A DNA stretch of 64,000 nucleotides from Mizuhopecten yessoensis (lineage: Eukaryota). Positions 27,401 to 40,000 of the stretch are shown here, piece by piece (the stretch's first letter is position 1; each line of letters starts with the position of its first letter). The translations under genes and the position numbers were made by a program. The notes under the pieces are model-generated. The model was not told the origin of the DNA, made no database searches, and was given only the letters and a program-made list of their open reading frames with translations. The stretch spans positions 276,334 to 340,333 of the forward strand of contig NW_018408727.1 of assembly GCF_002113885.1 (NCBI RefSeq), read 5' to 3'.

Positions 27401-30400
27401 CACCAATGTGGAGGAGGAAATCTCCCGACACAAAGAGGAGCTTCAGTCTCTGGAAAACGAGATCGCAACCATAGATCGTCAGAGAGACAAATTCACTAGG
27501 GAAATACATTCTAACAAAGTAGAGAGCAACAAGACAGAAACACAGCTGACCAAGATTGGACATAAAGTCAGAATACTCACTGATGTAAGTACAGTCAGAA
27601 GTTAATACGAAAATTCAGAGAATTATTTTGTAAATTTTGATGAAATTTCATGCTAATTGAAAGAAAGCCCTGTTAAAATTTATTCATGTTTGTTTTCCAT
27701 TCATTGATCTGATGGACTGTTTTCTTGTCCCACAGGAAATCCAGGATCTGAAAAGTATCGAGGATCCAGAACCTGTGGATGTCGAAACTCTGGTAAGGCT
27801 TTTCGCCTATTTCCTCTGGGTATGAGTTGTATATGCCTGTGGAAGAATCGAGTCTGTCAGGACTGGTATGAAAGGTATAAATCTTTTTATGTATCAAGTC
27901 AGTATGGATTGGTGCGAGTTATGTATGCCTATTGAAATGTCCATATGATACAGTGATTTTTGTTTTTGGCTCATTTTTCAGCCTAAAATAGTCTGCTTCT
28001 TCTAGCAAAAATAAAAAAATAATTCAACTTCCACCGAAAAAGGAGTATTTTCCAAATTTCAATGAAAATATTGTGATATTTTCCCCAATTGAAATACTAA
28101 AATAGGTACAGATTTGTAAAATTTAGATAAAAAGAGCAGTGGTACACGTTGGCTTGAGTTCTTGTATAACTTTTGATAGTTCACTTGGTAATGATAAATA
28201 TGAGCTGTGTATGTCTATCACTGCGTTTTCTTGGCCTGGTTTGAGATTAGTACCTGTTATGTTATGTAGGAAGAGGAGGTGCAGACCATGAACGACCAGA
28301 TTCAGATTCATGAAGAACAGCGCGCGGATAAGAACCAGAAACATGAACAGTGTAAGCAAGAACTGGAACATGTAGAGAAAAAGTTCAAAGAGGTGGAACA
28401 TCAGATGAGGTCAATGGCAGAAGGGGCAGACCCGCTGAAGGTAATGTGAACAAAAGTTAGCCAGTGGGTATTTCAGTCTAAATATAAGGTGAACAACCTG
28501 ATCAATGGGTGTTCCTGTCTAAATATAAGATGAAAACCCAACCAATTGGTATTTTGATGGCATTTCATTGATATCAACTTCGGCATAGTTTGTGACTAAT
28601 CGGAGTTGGAATATACTATTATTTAATAAACATCCATCATGATTTAGGTGGAATACCAGGATACATTAAGCTTTGACAGAAACTTTATCATGATGCCTTC
28701 ACTTAAATTTAAATTGGTGATAAGTATAGTATGTACTGAAATCAAAACTGAAAATATCAAGGAAAAAAAGCATGTGCTTAAATTGAAAATGATCACTACC
28801 ATAAAACATACGCCAACTCATACATCTATTTCTACACAATTAACTGTTATTTAAGTTATGAAGTCTAGAGAATCTTGAATTCTTTTTAATTATGTTTCCT
28901 TAATTTAGATACTGTCTAACTTTATACAGTATCGAACATGATCCTTTAATTAGGAAAAATGTCATACCTGTCATGTTCATTATTTGGGTTTTAGGATGAA
29001 TTGGGACATGCCCAAAATGAAATTGAGCAATCGAAATCCCACAAGAAGCATTACGAGCAGAAATTAAAGGAGCAGGAGCGTAAAGTAATAGACCAGAAGA
29101 GGAAAGTAGAAATGCTGCAGAAGGAAATAGAGGTAACATGGCATGCTGACAAAAATACTTTGTGTTGACAGAATCATTTTGTGTTGACAGAATCATTGTT
29201 GACAGAATCATTTTGTGTTGACCATGGTTCGCACAGAAATGAAAAGTGCTTGAAATTTGATCCCTGGGATGAAAAGTGCTTGAATTTCATAAAAAGACTA
29301 AATTCCCTTGAAAAGTGCTTGAATTCCTTAATTTTGTGCTTGAATTTGTAAAAACCTAGCTTAAATTTCATTGAAAGAGTCATAGAATAAAAATATAAAT
29401 CACATTTCCCGAAAATATTGACAAGTCGTTGTTGTAAACAAAATAAAAATGACGTAGCGCTAAAATAGCAGTCGAATGAGACCGGAACATTTGTCAGAGG
29501 GCATTTAGTTGTAGTTGCACCGGGCACTTTCGGATAGCTTCATCTATTTTCATCGAGTATCGCATGTATATTCGGAACATACATCCGGGGAATNTTTGAC
29601 AGAATCATTTTGTGTTCACAGAATCATTTTGTGTTCACAGAATCATTTTGTGTTGACAGAATCATTTCATGTTCACAGAATCATTTTGTGTTGACAGAAT
29701 TATTTTGTGTTGACAGAATCATTTTGTGCTGACAGAATCATGTAGTGCAGTCGTCAATACCATATCTATTGTAAAGTCTTGAAACTCAAAACATTGACAG
29801 AGTTATCTTGTACTGTATTGACAGAATGACACGACCAAGGCACAGCAGATCTGTCCAAGGAAGGCCAATATGCGGAGGTCGGTACAGAACCTGGAGAGTG
29901 AAATCAATCAGATCACCAAACGCATTAAAGTAGAGGAGAAGAGGTAGGACCCTTCACACAATTAAACTCAAACTTTTCCCATTTCGCTAAAGTTTCATGT
30001 TGTAGAATTGGCTGCAGAAATAAATTGTATGCTATAGACTAAGCGATATGTAAATTTAACATTGAAGTATGTTTTTGACACTATGTTTAAGGATAAGAAA
30101 TGTTGCCTGTTACGACGGTGTATACCCTTAGAATTTGTCAGTAGTGGTGTCTTGTGGTACATGAGCTGAACATTCACTGCTCTTAATTTTCTAACTCTCT
30201 TATCTCAAACTTCCAGATATTTGAAAAACTTGTGTCACTCAACTTTAAGACTGTGAAGTTTTAATTTAATTCTGTAATTGAAACTTGACTTGGATTCCTT
30301 CAAAGCTGTGGTTTAGTTTGGAAAAAACTTAAATTAGAAAGATTGATATATTATGTAATACTACAACAGTTATATGTAAACAGTTAATTCCACACTTGGA

Positions 30401-33176
30401 GATAAACTCTTGTGAATGCTTATAATACTAAGCGCCTTAAACTGCTGAGGTAAGATCAGGGCTAGACATTAAAGGTAGCTCCTTAATCTGAGACTGGTGA
30501 AATCTCCAGCTGGACTAGGGGTTCTATAAAAAAAAACACTGGCCTGATTGACTAGTCAAAATTTGATTTTGCCCATCTTGTTGAACAATATTGGGTTAGT
30601 GGAATTTGCACATGAACTAGTAAACATTTGAAACTATACGCACTACTCTTTTGAATAGTAGTATTCGATAATAAATTTTAGCCCTGAAGATGTTATTAAA
30701 AATTAACCCTGTTTATGATATTTACAGCCATGGGAATCCTACCGAGATAACTAAAACATACTTTGAGAAGAAAGGCTCATACAAGAAGATCAGGGACGAA
30801 GTCAAACAATTTAAAAGATTCATGGATGTAAGCTATGTTATAAAATACTTCAATCATTCAGCACTGCTGTTAATTATAAAAATTAAAAAATTATAACTTC
30901 CCACTTTGAATCATGTATAGTATTAGTAATTTATCATTTCGATATTTCTAAAGCAATTATTTAATTAACATCATGACCATTGAAATTAAAGTCATATTTC
31001 TAAAGCAATTATTTAATTAACATCATGACCATTGCAATTATTAGAAAATTTCTACACATCAACCTTTTAATCAATATTGTGAGTTATACAAATTGTATTA
31101 GCATTGAATAGACAGTTGAAAGTAACGGAATAACATGTTACCAGTTTGATCAAAGTACAGGATGATGATGATAAAAATCGTACATGTTTTACAGCATTTA
31201 GAAAAAGTGATGGTCCAGCGACAGCAGCAGTACTCGGAGTTCAGGAAGTTAATCGCCTTGAGGGCCAAATACTTCTTTATCATATTACTCAGCAATCGAA
31301 AGTACAACGGCAAGATGACCTTCAACCACCCGAGAGAGACATTGGACATTTCAGTAAGTGTGTTACTACATTACACCCAGGGGTGAGGTTATAGTCAAGA
31401 GAGACTCTGAGCTCAGTAAGTCAGTCCTCTGTATAACATCACACTACTTCAGTGGAAATAATAAACACCAAACATCTCAGTTAGCCTGATGTCAATTCAT
31501 CGCTCACAAAGGCAGAGAAAATAGTCAGGGAGACATCAAACATTTCAATATGTCTCAGTTCAGTACCAAATGATACACAAAGCCAGAGAAAATAGTCAGG
31601 GAGACATCAAACATTTCAATATGTCTCGGTTCAGTACCACATCACACACAAAGGCAGAGAAAATAGTCAAGGAGACACCACACAGGGCAGAGAAAATAGT
31701 TTCTGGCTTCAGTAAGACATCACATGAAAGGGCAGAGATAATAGCTGATGGAACTGTTATTTGACAGGTTTATTTTGGCCTTTTTCTGTGTAAAATGAAT
31801 AGATTCACAATAATAATTTTACAAGTTTGAATGTAACTTGAGATGATTAGTTGTGAGTTTTATGTTGTTAACTTATACAGGTGCAGCCTAACACATCTGA
31901 TGGAGATGGAGCCAAGGATATGAGGTCCCTGTCGGGAGGAGAGCGATCCTTCTCCACGGTCTGCTTCATCCTGGCTCTCTGGGATGCCATGGAGTCCCCC
32001 TTCCGCTGTCTTGATGAGTTTGATGTCTTCATGGTGAGTGTGGCTAAATTATATTGGTATTTAAATGACGTTTGGCCAAATACTCGCCAAAACAAGTCCA
32101 TAATTAGCACCCATGGTGCTTTAAAAATTGATTTAGAGGGGAGGATTAGGGTAATAAAATGTGAGTTATGATATTCACTGAAGGACAAAAATATTCCAAT
32201 GTGGCTGCAGGTTTTGAAATCAAATGTTTCATCTGCTTCACAGGAATTTCAGCCATGATCACTTGACCTAAATCCCTGCTTTAAAGTGTAATTTCTACCA
32301 ATCATTGACTGGGTTTGGTCAGGAGGGAGGGAGAGGGATTCAATATAATTTCATTTCCTCCTGAAAAAGAGTGAGGGGCACTAATTAGGTATAGCAAATC
32401 TCTGTTCTGTGGTTTTCGCTGTAATATGGGTTTTCTCTCCTTAGGACATGGTGAACCGGCGTATTTCTATGGATCTGATGCTGAAAGTAGCCAAGCAGCA
32501 GCTACATAGACAGTTTATCTTCCTCACCCCACAGAACATGAGGTAAGATGTAGCGTTCAATGTGACATGTGATACAATTTCTGTATTAAAATTGAATGGT
32601 CATGTACTGACACATACATTTTGTAATTTTGAAGAGTAAATGAACATAGATGGCAGCATGTATGTTTTCTTAAGGATCCCCATACCACTGCCAAAACTGT
32701 AAGTTAAGTGTGATGAATTATTTCTGAAAAGCTAAACCATACCTTGTAGGACTTTAATGAGAAATAATTGAGATGACATCCACAAAATATAATCAACAAA
32801 TGTTCTGAATGTCAAGAAAATCAGAGGGTCTAGGTGGGAATTTGAACCCTGGACTTCAGATTGATATACTATCACCCTTAACAGATTGAACTACCTGGTC
32901 AACAAGAAGGGTCCTGGCACAACTCTCTAAACGGAAGTTAAGGGGAGGTTACTGTAAAAACACAATGCAGGGGGACAGGCATCCTACGTACCGGTATTCA
33001 ATATTATAGCATTTTGAGATTAGGAAATATCTTATATTGACTTCCTTTTGCTTGTCAGTGAGTTGGGGATCAAGATGAAGGGGTTGAATATCTTCCGTAT
33101 GCCAGACCCTGACCGAGGACAGGATGTGCTACCGTTTGAGCCGTTATCTAGACAACAGGAGGAGGAAGACGATTGA
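15431..33176 (+). CDS. SMC6: Structural maintenance of chromosomes protein 6 (25 coding exons, 1103 aa)
   Basis: Exons, all GT-AG and phase-consistent: 15431-15571, 16380-16494, 16684-16789, 17405-17541, 18379-18521, 19175-19276, 19657-19794, 20757-20837, 21816-22051, 22480-22644, 23012-23190, 23981-24156, 24655-24681, 25326-25409, 26632-26730, 27315-27584, 27736-27792, 28270-28440, 28995-29132, 29825-29943, 30728-30827, 31195-31353, 31881-32033, 32445-32542, 33059-33176 (3312 nt). Motifs: NFMCH, Walker [31 protein letters not shown], hinge PVGPIG, signature LSGGERSF, Walker B/D-loop [18 protein letters not shown]. Confidence 0.96.
15601..16280. mobile_element. 680-bp foldback/MITE with roughly 200-bp TIRs and TA flanks, in the first SMC6 coding intron
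   Basis: 15601-15800 is the imperfect reverse complement of 16080-16280. TA at 15599-15600 and 16281-16282. Confidence 0.88.
20253..20378 (-). mobile_element. SINE 3' fragment
   Basis: (ggttt)n tail followed by caacagctataatcatttaagga and gagtacccagagaaaaacaccgacct. The tail end resembles that of the 54.3-kb SINE, but the core differs. Confidence 0.6.
21447..21575. repeat. 34-bp minisatellite, about 3.8 copies
   Basis: Unit ctgggttgaagcactattgagctcgttctaagga. Confidence 0.92.
25407..26043 (+). repeat. 57-bp tandem repeat (about 11 copies) starting at the SMC6 exon 14 splice donor
   Basis: Unit caggtaatac(a/t)gtgttacagtgacaagtgtgttaactcacctagtcaaaggccaatc. Confidence 0.95.
26069..26416 (-). 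mobile_element. TTAA-flanked TIR element with internal tRNA-like cassette, copy A
   Basis: Terminus ttaa|ggatccctgtaccactgcc. Homologous in reverse orientation to 47245-47566. Confidence 0.75.
29160..29742. repeat. 20-bp minisatellite (tgacagaatcattttgtgt-type) interrupted by a transposon-like insert (about 29223-29593) and an assembly gap
   Basis: The array lies on both sides of the insert. The insert begins catggttcgcacag with internal aaaagtgcttgaatt repeats and is cut at n29594. Confidence 0.8.
31500..31745. repeat. Degenerate tandem repeat of about 70 bp in SMC6 intron 22
   Basis: agagaaaatagtcagggagacatcaaacatttcaatatgtctc is repeated. Confidence 0.7.
32674..32984 (-). mobile_element. 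TTAA-flanked TIR element with tRNA-like cassette, copy B
   Basis: ttaa|ggatccccataccactgcc ... ggggacaggcatcc|ta; internal sequence matches copies A and C. Confidence 0.75.
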
Positions 33177-34581
33177 TTGACAACAAAGGAAAGACAACTC
33201 ATTCAGAACGCAAGGATGCTTATTAACCATAGGTCATTGTTGAAATTGAGACTATGGAAAGTTAAAACATCAAACTCACTCTACAGAAATAAGCTGCAAT
33301 ATATTCTTGTGAAATCAAGATTACATGGATCCTGGATCAAACTTAACTACAATACATGGTGTTGCCAGTGACCTTTTTCATGTGACATTGAAACAAAAGC
33401 AGTCTTAGTGCTAACACAGACTGGGGAAGGTTGTCATTTATATTTGTATCATGGGAGAAATTTCATTTGATATCAGAAACAGAAAGAATTATTCAAGTGT
33501 TGGAGCTAATGTGAAGTCGAATGAAATGAAAAAGTTCAGAGAAGTGGAAAAACTGATATGCATTTGCTTCTCAGTTTATTCATTCGACCAAACTTATTTG
33601 ATGAGAAAAGGCTACATGTCTAAATTCATTCCAGAGTTTTCTCGCTATTTTTTGTATAATGTATGTGCCTTATTTTTGAGGGTGTCAACTGGAGGAGGCA
33701 CGTCTTTCTAGTCAACCTATATAGATTTGTAGATTTAAAGACTTGAATACTTGTGTTCTATCTGGTATAGTATAACCTTGTTTACATTTCCCACTTTTGA
33801 GATGGGAGTGGGAAAGTACGGAAATATCAGGTTCAACACTTTGGAAAATGAAAAAATAAGTTAGTTGTTTTAGAGGCGTCTTGGAATTCAGTTTCATTTT
33901 TATTTTTTTATTTTTAAGGTAAAATACTCTAAACTGGAATACTGTTGGATTTTAGATATATTATTTTAGTTTTCTCATTTTCATTGATGCACAAAAACAC
34001 TTTCAGTTGTGGATATTATTTAAAATGGTGTAGAATAACGAGACATTTCAGTTGTTATTTGTTGATTTTTTTAGAAATAAAGTTACTAAGATAATATATC
34101 AGTTTTGTTGGTTTTCTTGCCTTAGGTATGTTACATGTTGTGTACAAGTAGTTGAACCTTGAGTCTGTGCTGTTTTTTTAAACTTGAACTATGAAACTTT
34201 GATTAAAGTTCATCCCTTTACATTGAAACCTTGACACAATGCCCCTTGTTTACTAATTATACAATGAAATCTTGATATCATGCCCATAGTTTTAAACCAC
34301 TACAGTAAAACCTTGATATAATGCCCCTCATTTATCACTACATACTTGATACAATGCCCTTGTGAATGATTATCAGTATACAGTAAAACCTTGATATCAT
34401 GCCCATAGTTTTAAATCTCTTTACAGTAAAACCTTGATATCATGCCCCATATTTATCACTGCAGTAAATTTTGCAGTATGCTTTTATCTCCCACAGATGA
34501 TGTACAGTGCACTGTCATTAGTTGACTGACCTTGACCTAAAAATCAAAGGCCAAATTAGTGTGAACTTTTCAGTTGTTAAT

Positions 34582-35166
34582 TTTTATACGCCCATCGATA
34601 GACGGGACGTATTATGTTTTCACGTGGGCGGGGGCACACATTAGTTTCCGCTCAATAACTTGAGTAATTTTGAATGGATTCATTTCAAACTTAATAGGAA
34701 GGTTATTACCATGAAAGCTCGGACAAGTTCGATAACCAAAATTACTTGCCAGTTATTGCCGGAGTTATGGCCCTTTGTAGAATTGCCGAAACAGTTTCCG
34801 CTCAATAACTTGAGTAATTTTGAATGGATTCATTTCAAACTTTATAGGATGGTTTATTGCTATGAAAGCTCGGACATTTTCGATAACCAAAATTATTCGC
34901 TTGTTGTTAATGGAGTTATGGCCCTTTGTAGAATTGCCGAAACAGTTTCTGCTCAATAACTTCAGTAATTTTGAATAGATTCATTTCAAACTTCATAGGA
35001 AGGTTCATTTCTATGAAAGCTTGCACAAGTTTGATAACCATTATCCGCCGCTTATTAAGGGGCCCTTTATAGAATTGACGTACAGTTTCTGCTCAATAAC
35101 TTCAGGTGTATTTCTATGAAAGCTTGCAATAACCAAAATCATGTACCGTCTCGTGGAACTCTTGTT
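34582..35166 (+). mobile_element. Non-autonomous Helentron/HINE-like element with internal 150-bp tandem repeats
   Basis: 5' end ttttatacgcccatc...gacgggacgtattatg in a T-rich site. Repeat period is 150-151 bp (34643, 34793, 34944). Confidence 0.7.
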
Positions 35167-35220
35167 AATTGTTAGTATTCTGAAGGCTTCTACATCATAA
35201 CTTTCAAATTGCATTGCAAG

Positions 35221-35910
35221 TGAGCTTATGTCATGGTGCGGCGTCCGTCGTCCATCCGCTTTTCCTTAAAACAACTTCTTCTGAAGAACGTACAGGTCTA
35301 GAGTCATGATATTTGGCTGAAAGCTTCTCGTTGGTAGGAGCCTGACAAAGTTTGGGAATGAAAATGACCATGACCTACTTTCAAGGTCACAGGGGTCAAA
35401 CACTTCAAACGACTTCTGAAGAAGAACTGAAAGGTATCAAATCTTCATATTTGGCTGGTAGCTTTCTGGGATAGAGCCAGACAAAGTTTGAGAATGAAAA
35501 TGACCTTGACCTTTCAAGGTCACAGTGGTCAAATGTGTAAAACGCTTCAAACAACTTCTGAAGAAGAACTGAAAGGTATAGAATCTTCATATTTGGCTGG
35601 TGGTTTCCTGTGATAGAGCCCGACAAAGTTTGAGAATGAAAATTACCTTGACCTTCTTTCAAGGTTTCAGGTATCAAATTTGTCAAACACTTCAAATGAC
35701 TTCAAATGACTTCTTCTGAAGAACTGAAAGGTATAAATTCTTCATATTTGGCTGGTTTCTTCCTGTGATAGAGCCCGACAAAGTGAGAAAAAAGAAAATG
35801 ACCTTGACCTACCTACAAGGTCACACGTGTCAAATATGTCAAACAATTAAATGACTGCTATGACTTCTTAAATATTCAGGTGAGCAATACAGGCCCTCTA
35901 GGCCTCTTGT
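35221..35910 (+). mobile_element. HINE/CvA-like element with internal satellite of about 140-155 bp (tgaccttgacc...tcaaggtca)
   Basis: Has a cgtccgtcgtcc microsatellite-like block, 4 internal repeats and a 3' end caggtgagcaatacaggccctctaggcctcttgt with a short palindrome. Confidence 0.75.
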
Positions 35911-37047
35911 ATATATTATCTAATTTAAAAAGTTGAAATTTCCTCTAAAAACCGATATATATTTAAGAGTAAGTTGATTTCGACAGAGCAGGGCAAAGAA
36001 TATTCACTAATATGGAGAGACTTATCTGGAAATGATGACAAAATAAAAAATATCTGAAAAAGCTTTTATTTCAAAACAAATTTATTGCAATTAATATAAA
36101 AGCACCCACTTAAAAAAGTTGGCAGAATCTAAAAAATTCTGTTATCAACATGCATGTACAATGTATTCGATAAATTGGACAAAAACTAAATTGGCTTTGA
36201 AAGGAAAACAACTTTATACCCTTTGCTGTCCTTTACAGAATACTGTGAACTGTAATATGTCCATCCCGAGACTTTTTCAAACTTACTCAGTATTGAATTT
36301 GCAATATATACTCACTGGCACAACTATCTTTATAATATAAATGTTTACATTGCAGATTGTCTTTTCTTGGGTTCATCAGATGATGAAAAATAAAATTGAG
36401 GTGGGGACTAAACCATAAAATTGCCTCCCGAACATGTTTTCATCGGAAAACTCAAATGGTGACTCCCTGTCCAGAATGTCATCTTGTCTTCTTGTCTTGG
36501 ATTTCTCAAATCCCGACAAATAAACAGGACTACAAACTACAACATTTCCTTCCAAGCTGGAATTCTCAAATGATGACACTAGACTTGTTCACCAATTCAC
36601 GAGGACTTAATCGGTGGGAGTCACCCACATGTTAATAATTGTTTTGTAAGCGCTGGTTCAGGATCAGCTTCATGGAGACGTAAATCTCATAGTCATTGGC
36701 TACATTTCAATGCACACTTTAAAAGAGTATGCCAAACCGAGGTCAGAAAAGCAAACTTTTTAACTGTTATGACATTTTGAAACACTTTTTCATGAATTCA
36801 AAAACTAAGTTGGCTCACTTAGATGGTAATCCTGTATATATTGCATTCACATTTGATATTCTAATTAGATGACAATGTTAGGATACTTTTCCTGTCTTTT
36901 CGAAAAAACACATCAGTAAATATCTGAATGGAAGAGGTGACCATTAATATTGCACTATCTTGCATCGGGTCATAAATGCACAATTGGGATGGAAAATTTC
37001 TAAATTTCCACTTATTCTGATAATCATCTCTTTATGGTAAGGGCTGG

Positions 37048-40000
37048 TCAGCCTGGTTCACTCTTGATAGAAGGGGAAGTTCGGTCATCGGGTTCATCGG
37101 TTTGGTCAGTTACATCATCCTGACTAGGTTCCAGTGGGGACAAAGTCACACCTTCCATGGAAATGTCGAAGCTGATGGGACGTTTGCTGACTTTGCTGGG
37201 TAGCACCACCTCTGACTCCGGGATACCCTCTGTAATGTAAGAGACATCAGTAAGCATTAGACTAGACTTAATCGCACCCATCTTTTGTAATGATAGTTCA
37301 CACACTTCCACCTTCTAAGATGTTGTTAATCCAAGCTTATCCTCTATAACAACATTTTTTTCACACCCTTCACAGGTTTGTCTCCTATTAAGGCTGAGGA
37401 AGATCAGCTTGCAGAGGGAGTGCGCATGACAGGACGGACAGGTAGCTGCTTTCTTACGACGCTCCGGTGAATATGAACATTTTGATGATTTCTGAACTAT
37501 TTTAATCATACTTTGTCACATATTTTAGCAAATGTGTATTTCTGTGGTACCTGTAACGCAGTGGACCCGATATGAACTCTATGTAAAACATATATATGGG
37601 TAGAAAACGTAAAGGTAGAAACTCGGACANAGAATAGCATGAGCTAAATTGTGACGACATCAGAATTAAATGATTTAATGTAAATATTATACAAAATATA
37701 TCTATGCACCACTTGTGCTTTTGCTTATAAACATGCCAGATTACTAATGGGGGATTGGGGCTGAAAAAATAGGAAATCATCATTCCTTATCTTGGAGTGT
37801 AATGGAGAAATCTCTAACCCTCTTCTCAGTGGTGGTTTTGATGACTAACCCACAGGTTATACAACAAAAATCACCTCTCGGGTTGGAGATTTTCTCCATC
37901 ACACCCTGAAGGTAGGAAATGATTTTATTGATTCACACCCATCTACTAGTATATTGACAATCTGACTCACACCACCTTCTGATAAGGCAGTATCTCACCC
38001 GTATCGTCCGACATATCCTACCTTCTCTTGCTATTTTCTTCACCTCCTTCCTGCGGTTGGCAAACCAGTTTAGCACCATGTGTGGAGTCACCTTCTCTCT
38101 ATCATGAAGGGAACGATGTCCTGGAAACCAACAAAGCATATATATTTATATAGAATATTACATGTAGAGTCGAGCACAAAAGTCAAGTATCCATATTAAT
38201 GTTACTCTGAAGAAAACCTAATTATGTTGTGCTGTAGAGTTGAAACGGGATCTTACATTGCACAACAAAGAAATTAAATTGGTCACATAACCAGGGTTGC
38301 CAAAGTCTCACGGTGCGAGACAAAATCTCGTGCTGAGACATCCTAGCTCGCGCATTCAAAAATGTTTTCCCCCCATCTCGCATGATGCTGTCAAAAGTCT
38401 CGCATATTGGAAAGCCCAGTGGAGGGAGATCTCCCACACTGGGCTACTAAGAAACTGGCAACCCTAACAGTCTAAGGGACATTAGTTTGACTTTGAAAAT
38501 GTTGCTCATTAACATACACCAACCAGAAAGAGTTGCTGTGAACAACCTACCCATGTTACTGACAGCCATATTACACATGTGAGAGATGGCTTCACGTTGT
38601 TCATGGGAAGGATAGGCATTCTCATTGAAGCAGGTTTCCAGCACCTCAAGGTGTTTTTCTCGGAAGGTGAAGCGTTCTCGTCGTTGATGGGGGATGAAGA
38701 TTTCCTGACCGTCTGGCAGTTTCACTTTTTGACTAATCATTGGAAGAGCACCTATAATATACAAGATAAAGAACAAAACTATTGCATACCTGACGTCTAA
38801 ATGGACAATTTCCCCATATTTGAGTAGTTTTCTCTTTGTGTCATTGTCCAACAGCATCCAATGTTTCCATTTCTTGTCAATATTTTCTACCTAACTGAAA
38901 ACCATTTCAACAGCAACAGCAGTTCAATTCTCTGTAGAAAGAGTGACATCATTTATTGACGGGAAAACAAATTAGATGTGAGCATGAGATTTCTTTCCCT
39001 CAAAAAAACCCAACATGATTATCATTTCTCCGCAATGAATCAACCTGTGAAGTATTGGAGCAAACAGGTATGTCCTAATATTTTCTGAGGAGTTCTGATT
39101 TATTTCCGATTGTCCTCCGCAGTTTTGATTACATTATACCCCCCTGCTGTTCAATCTAGATTTCTTAGTGCTAATGCCAATTTAATTTACTCACCTGATT
39201 GTGTGCTGCCTGGAGAGGATGAAGTTGGTTGAGGTGGGGAATTAGACACGGTTTTCTTGTAGGTGAGGTACCAGGCAAAGACACTCTGCATACAGTGTTG
39301 AGGAATACCACTGTATTCTCCCTGTAAAAACTGGGTAGTAGTGGCAAAAGTTTGGCCTGAAACCATACAACAAAGCAGTGTTACATATTTCTGCTTGCAC
39401 ACTAAGGTATGTTATATGATTACTAAAGTTGAACTATATTTTAATTTTAATACAATTGACTCAATGGCCTTACACCTTAAGGTAATAGGTTTGTGTCACC
39501 ATTTCTCAAAAGAATTTCTTCAAATTTTGTAGTTATATTGCGTTGGAGTAAAGAAAATGTTCTGCCTCAAAAAAAGTATAGGTTGTCAGAATTTTAAGGA
39601 TTTTAAATGGAAATTTATGTAAAAAGGAGTGAATATTGAAGAAAAAAAATGAAAGACACAATTATTTGCAAAATAATGTCAATAAAAATGATACTGCAAT
39701 AGATAAGTATTGCATTAATGTATATCAATTTAACAAATGCTGAAATTGTGTTAAATAAATTATCTATAAAGGATAAAAAATTGACATTTTATAATAAAAC
39801 CATATACACATAATAATTGCATGTAGGAGTTATCTTTCTTGAAAAACTTCCTAGTAGTGAAATAGGTAGCCGGTTTCCTGAAGTACAGAAAAAATGGACA
39901 CATGTGACTCATTGATAAAAAACCAACTGAATTAATGCCTGGATTGCTTTGAAATACTTTAATATTGAGAGAACACACTGTTCTGTCAATAATAAACATA

